A stretch of 63,988 bases of DNA, filler included, from Octopus bimaculoides (taxonomy: Eukaryota), in assembly GCF_001194135.2 (NCBI RefSeq). It is 9 parts of 8 records of this genome, joined end to end, with 100 filler letters (N's around TTAATTAATTAA, not from the genome) between each part and the next. Parts side by side here need not be neighbours in the genome. Positions count along the whole stretch, not along the records: positions 25,554 to 33,903 come from NC_068986.1; positions 34,004 to 36,770 come from NC_068988.1; positions 36,871 to 41,462 come from NC_068994.1; 6 more parts are not named here. One strand, 5' to 3'. The notes below the pieces were generated by a model. It was not told where the DNA came from, did not search any database, and was given only the letters and a program-made list of their open reading frames with translations. Position 1 is the stretch's first letter; each line of letters starts with the position of its first letter. Made by a program: the position numbers and the translations under genes. Of this stretch, positions 25,553 to 37,676 are shown piece by piece.

Positions 25553-26531
25553 NGCGTGGAACTTCAAGAGGAAGCCACGGTGTATGACGTGATGGCAGAG
25601 GCAATGGCAGAGAAAGTTGAGATGGCTCGTATGGCAGGTCTTTTTCAAAAGCAAGTAAGAGAGGTTTTTTGTGGGTTGCAAGCATTGTGGGGGGGGGAAG
25701 AAAGAAAACGGCGAAGAAGGGACTGAAGATGTTGGAGGAAGGAGTGAAGGTTAGGCATGGTGAGAGGATGTGAATGTCGGTGTGGGTGTTATTATTGGTG
25801 GCGAGACAAGGGAAGAACGAGAAGTTAGAAGGAGAACGTGAAAAAAGTGAAAACAGTGAAAAAATTGGAAGAGTCATGGACAAATTAAGCTGATATCCAA
25901 TCAAGGAGCAGCAAAGGCGTGATCCAACAGGAACAGTAGTCCAACAGGAACAGTAATCCGAGGTACAAAAATTCCAGCAATTGGCTACTCCAAATCCAGT
26001 TAAAAGGCCAGGATCCGTGTGAACGTACGTTATATAAGTTCAAAAAAAGGAAAAAGACAAAAAACAACGTGAGGATGTGATACAGATTGTGTTACAAGAC
26101 GCTCGGGAAAGGAAAGAGAGAGAGTATGACGTTTCGAGCGGAGCTCTTCGTCAGAAACAAGGAAAGTTCAAAGAATGGAAAAACGGAGGAAGAAAAAATC
26201 GCCACTGATGTCCACGAGGTTACATTGTGGAAGGACCGGAAGAGGAAGTGGTGGAGAAAAAGTTCTTTCTAAGACAGGAGAGTGAAAGAGAGAGGTAAAT
26301 ATGTGTGCGTGCACGAGGGTCTGTGTGTGTGTGTGTGTAATAACAGAATGTGTATGTGCGTATGTATGTGTGACGTAGTGGAAGGAATTAGTAGCAGGAA
26401 TAGTTTGGGAGTGGTTGTGGACAATGGTCAGTAGAAAGTAGGCAGGCAGTTTTTGAGTATGTGTGTGTGCGTGTGTCTGTGTTGTGTGGGTGTGATTTCC
26501 TAGCAGTGTGTGCCTGTATTTTTTTGTGTGA

Positions 26532-26565
<34 letters not shown>

Positions 26566-26700
26566 ATATGCATGAGGTTTGCTCTGTGGATCGCACATGG
26601 ATTATTTCGTGTGTGTGTGAGTGTATATGCGTAGTGTGTGTGAGTGTATGTGTTAATGCTTGTTGTGCGTGTATGTGAGTTATGTGTGGGTTCATTTGCC
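25553..26700 (-). mobile_element. Penelope-like retroelement 5' part: pseudo-LTR with hammerhead, then start of the ORF (cut by a gap)
   Basis: Hammerhead at 26124-26158. Minus-strand frame near 25555-25660 reads LLLKKTCHTSHLNFLCHCLCHHVIHRGFLLKFHA, resembling the N-terminal H..FL..CL...VIP.GF.LKF motif of Poseidon/Neptune-type PLEs (recalled). Confidence 0.65.
26124..26158 (-). ncRNA. Minimal type I hammerhead ribozyme with intact catalytic core
   Basis: GUUU-CUGACGA-A-GAGC(UCC)GCUC-GAAAC-GUC-AUAC: both core boxes, GUC cleavage triplet and palindromic AACGU stem III. Confidence 0.8.
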
Positions 26701-26863
26701 TGTGTGTGTGAGTTCGTTTCTACACATATATATATATATACATACATATGTATACATACATACATACATACATACATATACATACATACATACATATACA
26801 TACATACATACGTATACATACATACATATACATACATACATACATATACATATATATATATAC

Positions 26864-26956
<93 letters not shown>

Positions 26957-26968
26957 CATACACATATA

Positions 26969-29900
26969 TCTATAAATATATAGCTGAGTTTGTGAGTGTG
27001 TGTGTGTTTGTGTGTGTATACAATTCATACATTTACACAATTCCAAATTTCTTGAATGAAACAATCGGAATTAATATTCTAAATACCATAACTTAGGTAA
27101 CTGCGTTATTTTTTCCGTCAAAATAAATCACAGTTACCAATAAAATCCATTAAACTGCGCGAAATAATATTTCCTCCCCTAATAAAACCTAAATTTCCTC
27201 TTTCTACGACCTTTACAAATCCTTTCAACTCCTATTTTCTCTTATGAACGTTTACGAACGATCCAACAACAATTACAAGAACAAAAGAACATACTGTTAT
27301 GACAGATACTTTCACTTTAATCCTTTCATTTTCATGCCGAGAAACTATACTCTCACATATATAGGAATACATACATATATACATACATACCTCATTCAAA
27401 TAAACAGACACACTACCAATCATACGTAAATACACACACATATATATGTACCTATGGTTACCAATGACCTCATTCTAATTGGTGGGAATTGCAAGTTCAC
27501 TTTCCATTTCTAACAAAAACAAAATAGCGGGACATCGTTTTCAAATACGATCGACAAAAATTTATTCCTACAAACTGAGTTTTTTTTTTTTATCTTTTCA
27601 TATCACTATAAAATATAGACATTTATTTATGCATGTATACGAGTATATAATATTTTGGAAAAAACATAATAACTTTAAGGTTTACATTATTTGGAAAGTG
27701 CCATTTTATGTATTTTTTAATATATCCCCTTTACTAACACCCATTCAATTACAAATACATTTTCTGTTTATATCCTCCTCTTAGCTTCCCCAAAAACTAC
27801 GAAAATGATACCAATATCAATTAGTATTTATATGTTTCAACTAAAAAACATATGGACCTCAAATACACATGAACTACAAAAACCCTAGCAATATCAATGG
27901 ATGCTTAATTACTATTTATGTTTCAACTACAAAACATAATATGGGCCTGAAGTACACATGAGCAGGTTCTATTCACAACTTTGCTAAAATGGGTCAATTT
28001 CGGCATTTTCTTTTGTTTGGGAATTAATCACGACATTCTACATAAACAAAAGGGAGATAACCTACGTTACAGTAATTATATGTAAACCAGATGCTAATGG
28101 TTCACTAAGTGTCCAGCTAAACATAAATATTTACATATCCTGCTTTCAAGGTAAGACATTTACCAATAATAACATTCCACACAACACTTTCAATAAGGTT
28201 TTCATTCTTTCGAAAGTGCAATTTTATGTATTTTTTTATATACCCAGTTTACTAACACGAATTCAATTACAAATACATTTTCTGTTTCAAAACACTACCA
28301 ATATAAATGGATGCTTCATTACTATTTATATGTTTCAACTACAAAACATAATATCGGCCTGAAATACACATGAGCAACTTCCATTTCCAACTTTGGTAAT
28401 TACACACCCTTTCGTACAGTATTTTTCAATCTGAAACCATACGTTGCTCTTATTTTCTTCATCACATTCCTTACGAAATGCCACCAAAGAAGAGAGTGCG
28501 TTGGGGAATGAAACGAAAAAGAAATTCTAGAATCGCTTCTTTAAGAGCCGCTCAACGAGCTGCTGAGACTCCAGACCAACGAACCCTGCGTCAAGCAAGA
28601 AATGCTGCTTCAACTGCTGCTGCAAGAGCTTCCAAGCCCCTGGAAGTGAGACAAGACCGCTTGAACACCATCGCCCATNNNNNNNNNNGCTTCAACTGCT
28701 GCCACTAGAGCTTCTGAAGATGGTGAACATCGAACCCTTCGCCTTGCTGCTCATGCTTCTTCAACTGCTGCTGCAAGAGCTTCCAAGCCCCTGGAAGTGA
28801 GACAAGACCGCTTGAACACCATCGCCCATCGTAAAGGTCTTCGCAAAGGTGTCATGAAACCATGCAGTTCCAGATGGTTATTACAGGCGTTCGATTATAA
28901 GCCAGACATCGATTATTCATCCTACCCTGAAATCTCCATTTCCAATATGACACTCATTTGCTCATTCTGTTCTGCAAATAAGTGGCCAGGAGAACCTCCT
29001 GCAATGTGCTGTTCAGGTGGAAAAGTGAAATTACCCGCTTTGGAGGATCCCCCACAACCACTGCAGGAGCTTCTTCTGGGAACAACTACTGATTCAAGAC
29101 ACTTCCTACACAACATAAGAAAATATAACTATGCTTTTCAAATGACCTCTTTTGGTGCAAATATCATCCGAAAGGATGGATTCATGCCTACATTTAAAGT
29201 CCAGGGTCAGGTTTACCACAGGATAGGACCTCTTCAATGTGATACCATCCAAGAGCCGCAGTTTCTTCAACTATACTTCGTTTGCAGCTACCAAGAACAG
29301 GCGGCAAAACGAAATAACATATCACCTGGGACTAACTTCCAACTGATATTGCAGCTACAGGAAATGCTTCATGAAACAAATAGTTATGTTAAGAGTTTCA
29401 AGTATGCTTTAGAGATAGCGTCAGGCCTCAATTTCAATGTTGTCATAGATGCTGATAAACGTCCATTTGGTGAGCATGCAGGCCGGTATAATCAACCATC
29501 TTGTAATGAAGTCGCCATTGTTCTTCAAGGTGAACCCTCTAATCCAAGGTATATTGTTTTGTCATGCCGCGATAACAGCATCCAACAAATACATGAATCT
29601 CATAGGGCATACGATGCCCTCCAGTACCCCTTGTTATTCGTTTACGGTGAGGAAGGGTACCATTTCGGTATTCCTCAACATCATCCACAAAGACCAGACG
29701 AATGTACCAGCAAAAACGTTTCATGCATGGAATTCTATTCATATCGCCTTATGACTCGAGGAAACTCAATGAATCATCTCCATTGTTCACGTGACCTGTT
29801 CTATCAATTTGTTGTGGATATCTACACCAAGATGGAGTCTGAAAGGTGTTTCGTTCACCATAATCAAAAAAAGCTAAGGTCTGAGAATTATATCCACCTT

Positions 29901-32900
29901 CAGGATGGCATAATCAATGACGTCTTGCTTCAAGATATTGGACAGGTTTGCATTTTACCTTCTTCATTTACCGGGGGTCCGCGGTATATGCATGAGAGAA
30001 GGCAAGATGCCATGACATTTGTATGTCATTTTGGTCGCCTGGATTTATTCATAACCTTTACTTGCAACCCCAAGTGGATTGAATTATTAAACAGTCAGAG
30101 GCCCACTGACAGGCACGATCTTCTTGCCAGAGTTTTTCGGTTGAAGCTACAGAAACTCATGGATTTGATCAAGAGAGGACAGATATTCGGAAGTGTCAAA
30201 TGCGACATGTATACTGTTGAGTGGCAAAAAAGAGGTCTTCCGCATGCCCATATTCTCTTATGGTTGTCCTCAAAAATCAATTCAAACAATATAGACAGCC
30301 TTATATCAGCAGAACTGCCTGATCCAGCGGTAGACCCAGATCTTTTTCAGATAGTACGCTCAAACATGATTCACAGACCTTTTGGGTATGGATTTAACAT
30401 CCATTCACCATGCTTCAGAGATTCGAAATGCACGAAAGGGTTTCCCAAGAAGTTCAAGCTTCATACTCAGATGGGCAATGATAGCTACCCCCTATACAGG
30501 CGAAGGCGTCCTGAAGACAGTGGGCTCATGGTTAAGGTAGAGCACCACAAAGTAGACAACAGATGGATTGTGCAATTTTGCCCGCTTCTGTCCAAAGCGT
30601 TTAACGCTCATATCAACGTAGAGTTTTGCAGTTCAATCAAGACTACCAAATATGTCTGCAAATATATAAATAAAGGGACAGATGCAGCTACGTTCTCTCT
30701 GCAGCAAGATGGTAACCGAGACGAGGTAGCACAATACCAAGTCAGCAGATATATAAGCAGCAATGAAGCATTCTGGAGAATTTTCGGATTTCCTTTACAT
30801 CAAAGGCATCCGCTTATTCAACAGCTCGCAATCCACCTTGAGAATGGTCAACGCATTTACTTCACGCCTTCAACTGCTGCAACTGTTGTCGAATACCTGA
30901 AAGACACTACCCTAACTGCCTTTTTCAAGCTATGTAACGTAGATACATTTGCTGAAACATTGCTCTACCATCAAGTATCATCATACTACACTTGGAACAA
31001 CAATACATGGAAGCATAGGATAGGCAGGCAGGTTAATGGCTTCCCCACTATGAAGTTTGACACTTGCCTCGGCAGGGTATATACCATTCACCCAAGTCAG
31101 CAGGAGTGCTTTTACCTTCATGAAGTCAGGGGCCCTAAATCATTCCAACACCTGAAAACCGTGAACGGCGAGATCTGTTCCACCTTCAGGGAGGCATGCC
31201 TAAGACATGGCCTGCTCGAGGACGATTCAAAGTGGGATGCAACTCTTGCTGAAGCTTCCAATTCGCGCTCTGCTAAAAGTCTCAGAGCCCTCTTTGCCAT
31301 TCTTTTATATATATGCGAGGTATCAGACCCGGTCTCTCTGTGGCTTAGGTATAGAAATGACCTTGCTGAAGAATATTACCAACTTCAAAAAAGGCAAGTT
31401 CCCGAAATTAATTCTGCCAATGATCAGATCTACAACTGTGCTTTGATTGATATAGAAAATAAGATTGCTTCATTGGGTGGAACCACTTTGCAAGTGTACA
31501 GACTGCCTGCAACTCTTCGTGACAGATCGAATTTTACGTCAACCAAGCTCATTCGTGAAATGTCCTACAATGCTGACACTCTTGCCCAATTCATACACGA
31601 ACATGAGCCGAAGCTCCTACCAGAACAGCAACAAATTATAAGCACAGTTGTGGGAAATGTTCAGAACCAGAAAGGTGGGATTTTTTTCCTAGATGCACTT
31701 GCAGGCACAGGAAAAACTTTCATTATTAAGCTTCTTCTTTCAAAGCTGAGGCTCAATAAAATCATTGCATTGGCAGTGGCATCCTCCGGTATTGCTGCAA
31801 CTCTCCTACCTGGCGGCAGGACTGCTCATTCTGCCTTTAAGCTGCCATTACACTTAGTGAAATATGAAAGCCCCTCCTGCAACATCACCAAAACGTCTGA
31901 AAAAGGCATGCTTTTGCAGAAGTGCCAATTCATCGTGTGGGATGAATGCCCTATGGCCCACAGACGAGCTCTAGAAGCCCTCAACACTTCACTCCAAGAC
32001 ATCAGGGATTGCACAACTCCTATGGGAGGTATAACGCTTCTTCTTTCTGGCGACTTTCGTCAGACACTTCCTGTTATTCCCAAAGGGACCAGGGCTGATG
32101 AAGTCAGTGCATGCCTCAAATCATCTTTCTTATAGCAACATGTAACAAAACTCACTCTGACAACGAATATGCGAGCGAAACTGCATAATGACCAACAAGC
32201 AGCGCAATTCGCTTCAAATGTTTTATCGCTTGGAGATGGAAAACTGATACTTGATGCAGGTGGACAAATTTCAATATCCTCCATTTGTACACCTGTCAGT
32301 ACAGTAGAAGAGCTCACAACAAAAGTCTTCCCCAGGCTACATGAAAACTATCACGACATTAAGTGGTTATGCGAAAGAGCTATTTTAGCCCCAAAAAACA
32401 GTTTGGTCAACGCAATAAATGACCAGCTGCTGCAAGTCATTCCTGGTAGTCTATATGTCTACAAATCTATGGATTCTTTTCCCAACCCTGACCAAGTGGT
32501 AAACTACCCTATCGAAGACCTGAATTCTCTTCAACCTCCGGGAATGCCACCTCAAACTTCAGCTGAAAGTTGGAACTCCTGTTATGCTTCTTAGGAATCT
32601 AAACCCAACAACACTCTGCAAGGGTACAAGTCTTGTGATAAAAAAACCCATGCAAAATGTCCTTGAAGCAACCAATTATATCAGGGTGTGGAACAGAAGA
32701 TGTTTTTATTCCCAGAATTCCACTTACTCCATCTGATGCTGATATCCCCTTTACATTTAGACGACTTCTATTTCCCATTCGCACCAGTTTTGCAATGTCA
32801 ATCAATAAATCACAGGGGCAGACGCTTTCGGTTGCCGGACTACACTTGGAGGAATCATGTTTTTCACATGGCCAACTCTACGTGGGATGTTCAAGAGTGG

Positions 32901-32979
32901 GGAGCAAAGACAGTCTTTTCGCATACACACCAAATGGAAAAAACAAAAAACAGTCTACAATGAGGTATTACGCCAGTGA
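26969..32979 (+). mobile_element. Helitron, autonomous type, disrupted; 3' terminus not found
   Basis: A|TCTATAAATATATAGCTGAG followed by (GT)n at 26969 fits a Helitron 5' end; subterminal repeats at 27694-28377; RepHel ORF downstream. Confidence 0.8.
28478..32979 (+). pseudogene. Helitron Rep (HUH endonuclease)-Pif1-family helicase, intronless, with nonsense and frameshift lesions
   Basis: Rep motifs LFITFTCNPKW, VEWQKRGLPHAH and KYVCKY; helicase motifs DALAGTGKT, ASSGIAATLLPGGRTAHS, IVWDECPM, GDFRQTLPV, FAMSINKSQGQT and FSHGQLYVGCSRV. TAG at 32133-32135 where W is expected; frameshifts near 32552, 32674 and 32945; 10-N gap at 28679-28688. Confidence 0.95.
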
Positions 32980-33399
32980 GTATTACCAATTGCTGTCGAC
33001 TTTATCAATGTAAGTTTCTGTATATCTTTCATTAGCTTATTTCAAATTAATTCATAAATGTTTAACCTGTCTTTACATTACGTTGGTCTCTCAAATTACA
33101 GTACTCAAACCACATTCATACAGATGTTTTACAGTCACTGTAAAATATATTAGCTTACATTATTATTACTATTATTATTATTAATATCCTTTTACAACAT
33201 CTCGGAAATTCTTCAACTTTCAAAAGAATAATGATGATTTACGAAATTGAAATAATATGTTAAAAAATTCAGGAACAGATAAATTTTAATTCAAAATATA
33301 CATTTTCTGCCACATTCACCCGTTTTATATCTAAGTTATTTATACATCAGTATGAGAAGAACGCAATCAACTCTAAATGAAATAACAAAAAATATTTTT

Positions 33400-33903
33400 T
33401 TTAAATCACCTAATAATATACATGTTTTCTCAGATAAAACAGGGAATTTATATTCCATTACTCCCACCCAATACAATGATTTTATACACAACGAATTATG
33501 TAAATCTTATAAAATAACTAACTAGATATACTAACTAGATAAAATAACAACTAGATATACTAAATGATGAACATTCCATAATTATGCAAAAATTGGATAT
33601 TGAAGACCGCACAGAAATATATACTCCAAACACTCCACACTTTAATCTAAAAGACCATAAACAAGATGACAATATTAATCCCACTATTAGACTAATTTGT
33701 CCTACTAAATCAGACCTCGGAAGAGTAAGTAAGAACATACTAGATAGAATTATTCCTATAATAAAGAAAAAACTTAATTCTAATTTATGGTTCAATACGG
33801 GAGAAGTAATCTCTTGGTTTCATTTATTACCTAATAAGACTAGCTTATCATTTATACAATTTGATATTAATAATTATTATGCTTCCATATTACCTATTAT
33901 ATT
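33400..33903 (+). mobile_element. Penelope-like retroelement RT fragment (Naiad/Chlamys-like)
   Basis: VFSDKTGNLY..HNELCKSYK..KLDIEDR..NLKDHK..NPTIRLICPTKSDLGRVSKNILDRI..NLWFNTGEVISWF..FIQFDINNYYASI matches the PLE RT N-terminal motifs up to the F.I..FYPSI motif. Confidence 0.8.
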
Positions 33904-34199
33904 NNNNNNNNNNNNNNNNNNNNNNNNNNNNNNNNNNNNNNNNNNNNTTAATTAATTAANNNNNNNNNNNNNNNNNNNNNNNNNNNNNNNNNNNNNNNNN
34001 NNNGTAAAATATAGATTATATTAAGACTATTCAATTTAATTTCATGAATAGATTGATCAATATTCAAACTTTTCTTAATTGTAAACTCATAGCCAACTAT
34101 ATATTTATTTATGAATATAAGCATATATGTACATATACGTAAATAAATTAGATCGTAAGATTATGCAGTAGCTATTCTTTTCTTTATCGCGGCATCATC

Positions 34200-34760
34200 C
34201 AGTCAGGCTGATTGCCCAGGCCAGCCTGACTACCTCTCTCTATCCCTTCCAATCTTCCATTAGCGTTTTCAGGTCTACAACTTGGCATCTAACATCTTCT
34301 GCAAGCTGTTGTATATACGTCTTCTGTAGTCTCCCAGCCGCTGTGATACCATGATTTAGTGTCTACAGCAACATATTACTCACAAGTTCTTTACTTCTCC
34401 AGTAGTGGCCAGCAAACCTCAAGCTCCACTCTTGGATGGTTGTTGAGAAGGTTGGTACATTCCCATTTAACCGTTGTTTTGATGGATGCTCCCTCCAAGA
34501 GATGTTGAGCACTGCACGTAACATTCTGATGTAGGCACCGTCCAGCATGCACCTGAGTCTCTTGGTGTGAGCCCAAGCCGGAGATCCATATACAAGCACA
34601 GATTCAACAACTGCTCTAAAGAACTGTCTCTTCAATTTATCTGGTAGGGTTGACTTTCACATTGTTCTCAGACCCTCTATAGCTGCCCAAGCCTTAGCAA
34701 TGCGAGATTTAATATTTTTCAGTGAACACAATATTGCTGCCTAAGTAAGTAAAGTCTCCA
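34200..34760 (-). mobile_element. RTE/RTE-X-type LINE, decayed 3' end of the RT ORF
   Basis: DFTYLGS..SRIAKAWAA..LPDKLKRQFFRAVVESVLVYGSPAW..LDGAYIRMLRAVLNISW..LRFAGHYWRS. Confidence 0.85.
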
Positions 34761-36529
34761 TACACTTTCTGCAACTTCGTGTAGACCTCTGAGCAGGTAT
34801 CGCCATGACAGCTTTCTCTGTCATGGTCAATGCGACTACTACACGCTACACACCTTTCTACCAAGCACTGCTGAAAACAGCGGTGGTGAGCTAGAACGTT
34901 AAAACGTAGTGCGCATACACAGCAGAGTTCAAAGTCAATTTCTACCAAGCGGTTTCACTCTGCATCCTTTAGCTTTGTTAATATTGCAACAGTCTGGATA
35001 CTTATTGATCAGACCTCGTATTTTGGGTTCAAATATTTAATTCACTCTTGCATATACTTACATGGTTATTTGGTGTCTTTGGAATTCTGCATCATAGCAA
35101 ACAATTGTCACTCTGTTTGGATATTTTTCAGCTCTCTTACGCAATCTTTCAGGGATCGTTTCATACGAAATTTGCGAATTCTCTTTTATATGAAGGTAAC
35201 TTGACATTTTGAAAAACCACAAACTTCACGTTTCTTATTTCTATCAACTGGTATTGTTCTAAAACCAAAAATGAAAAAAAGAAGAAAACAGGAACTATTA
35301 ATACGAACCATTTTAAACAACCATAAAATTTATGATTTTCTTAATTTCTAAACAATCAGAAACAAATCATAAATTTAAGCGTCAGTAAGAAAACATTTGA
35401 CTTTCCTCATTATGGTTATATCATCGTAATAAGGATGCAACATACATTTCTTATTACATAGGAGCAAAAAATGTAATGAGTTAAACAAATAGAAACTTTT
35501 TCTTTTAATTAATTGACATCAGAAGCAGTACTCACGTAGCACCATCACGTACATTACAATGTCAGATCAGAACAACCGCTTAAATATCCAACTGAAATAT
35601 TATAATAATGTTTAATAATGTTTTCTAACCAAAGTACAAGATCACATATTTTGGCGAATGGGAAGCACTGGAATGCATCGAAATTCACTCCTTCTTCCTA
35701 GTGTATGAAGGTAATATTCATTTTTTCGAAAACAAGGTGAAATTTTAATTCATTTTCAGTGGGATTTGACCTGAATTTTATTTTTGCATGTGTATCGTGA
35801 AATACGCATATCTAAGTGCTGGGAGAAAATACCAAAAGAATACCATCCGCATGAAACATACCATATTTGAAGGAGCCGGGGTATATCGTACTTAATATAT
35901 TGGATAAAATATCATCAACTGTTTATTGTATTTTCAAACTTCAATTATTCAAATTAGGTACGAATAGTTTTGTAAATATGGGTTTTTCCTCAATAAACTT
36001 GTGCATTTTTCAAATGTTTCTTTGCAATTATATTGTTGTACGTTTTATTTCAATAAAACATCTTCAACTATCTCTGCAACTAACTTTTCGCGGCCATTTA
36101 TTTGCATGGTACTCTCGTTCTATAGGAATTCTTGGTGCATCAGTCGGAGGCCTTGACTTCGTAAATTTTAAATGAATATCTGGCCGTTTACAAAAGAAGG
36201 AATTTTAACATCAAAGTATGTTGTAACGATTCGGTTAAGTTATTTTTGAAAGCAGGTTGTTAATAAAACAAGGAACCGGACCGTAATATGTGTAAATGGC
36301 ATACAAATCCATGACGTATAACTCCAGAGGATATTCAGTTTAATATTAATATTTTTCAAAAATCTAGCTGTTCAATTTGCGTTCTAATACGGAACACTGA
36401 GTCTTTTTCTAAGTCACATAAAAAGTGACCAAAACGTTAATATTTATGATAGCACTGTATGAGCCAATACTTACGAAGTTGGCTCCAATATGAAGGAATA
36501 CGCGGTCTGTGAATACAATTTACTCTTTT

Positions 36530-36739
36530 ATTCTTTTAATTGTTTCAGTCATTTGACTGCGGCCATGCTGGAGCACCGCCTTTATAGTCGATCAAATCAA
36601 CCCCCAGAGCTTATTCTTTGTAAGCCTACTACTTATTCTATCGGTTTCTTTCACCAAACCGCTAAGTTATGGGGACGCAAAAACGCCAGCATCAGTTGTC
36701 AAGCGATGCTGGGAGGGACAAACAAACATATACACACAC

Positions 36740-36770
<31 letters not shown>

Positions 36771-36958
36771 NNNNNNNNNNNNNNNNNNNNNNNNNNNNNN
36801 NNNNNNNNNNNNNNTTAATTAATTAANNNNNNNNNNNNNNNNNNNNNNNNNNNNNNNNNNNNNNNNNNNNCAGGACTTATTTTTTAAAAGCCTAGTACTT
36901 ATTCTATCGGTCACTTTTGCAGAATCGCTAAGCTACAGGAACGTAAATACACCAGCAC
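36530..36958 (-). mobile_element. SINE family C 3' parts on both sides of an assembly gap
   Basis: TGTTTCAGTCATTTGACTGCGGCCATGCTGGAGCACCGCC..CTTATTCTATCGG; same as 51310-51480. Confidence 0.85.
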
Positions 36959-36959
36959 C

Positions 36960-37676
36960 ATTTGTCTCAGATTTAAGAACTATAATTAGTTCGTATTGTT
37001 GTTTTTGTAACTTTCATGTGCTTTTACTGCGATGGTTTTTGTTAAGCAGCGTCGGGTTTTACAATTCTGTAAATAAAAATAACACTATTTTTATAAGCTT
37101 AAAGCTTATAAGCGATTATCGCGCAATGACTAAAGAAAATAGTCTAATAATGGAGCATATAAGCCCTCGACAGAAAAAAAAAGTAGATTCTCCCTTACGC
37201 GTGGGACTTAAACCCACATCTCTTTGCTTTTACAACCAAGTGTGCTTCCGTTACACCAATGCTCGACCTGCTTCTTTCTGTCTGATTTAAGAAAGATAAT
37301 CAGTTCGAAGAGCACATGAAAGTTGGTTTACAAAAGCATCACTACTAACTAATTATAGTTCTAAAATCTGACAGAAAGAAGCACGTTGTGCGTTGGTGTG
37401 ACGGTAGCATATTTGGACGAAAAAACAAAGAGATATGGGTTCAAGTCCCTCCCATGCGTACGGGAAAACCTACTTTTTTTCTGTCGAGGACTTATATGCC
37501 CCATTATTAGACTATTTTCTTTAGTCAATGCGCAGTGATCACTTATAAGCTTTCAGCTTATAAAATACTATTATTATTATTTACAGAATTGTAAAAATCC
37601 ACGTTGCTTACCAAAAATCATTGCAGTAAAGGCACAGAAAGTTTGTTTACAAAATCAACACTACGAACTAATTATA
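36960..37676. repeat. Inverted tandem array of a ~315-320 bp unit containing a tRNA-like cassette
   Basis: About 36980-37290 is the reverse complement of about 37365-37676, and partial next units occur on both sides of the axis near 37310. Confidence 0.85.

Noticed and set aside
26388-27096. Overlapping YIHT/MYVC repeat ORFs on both strands
   Set aside because: Compound (TA/TACA)n microsatellite.
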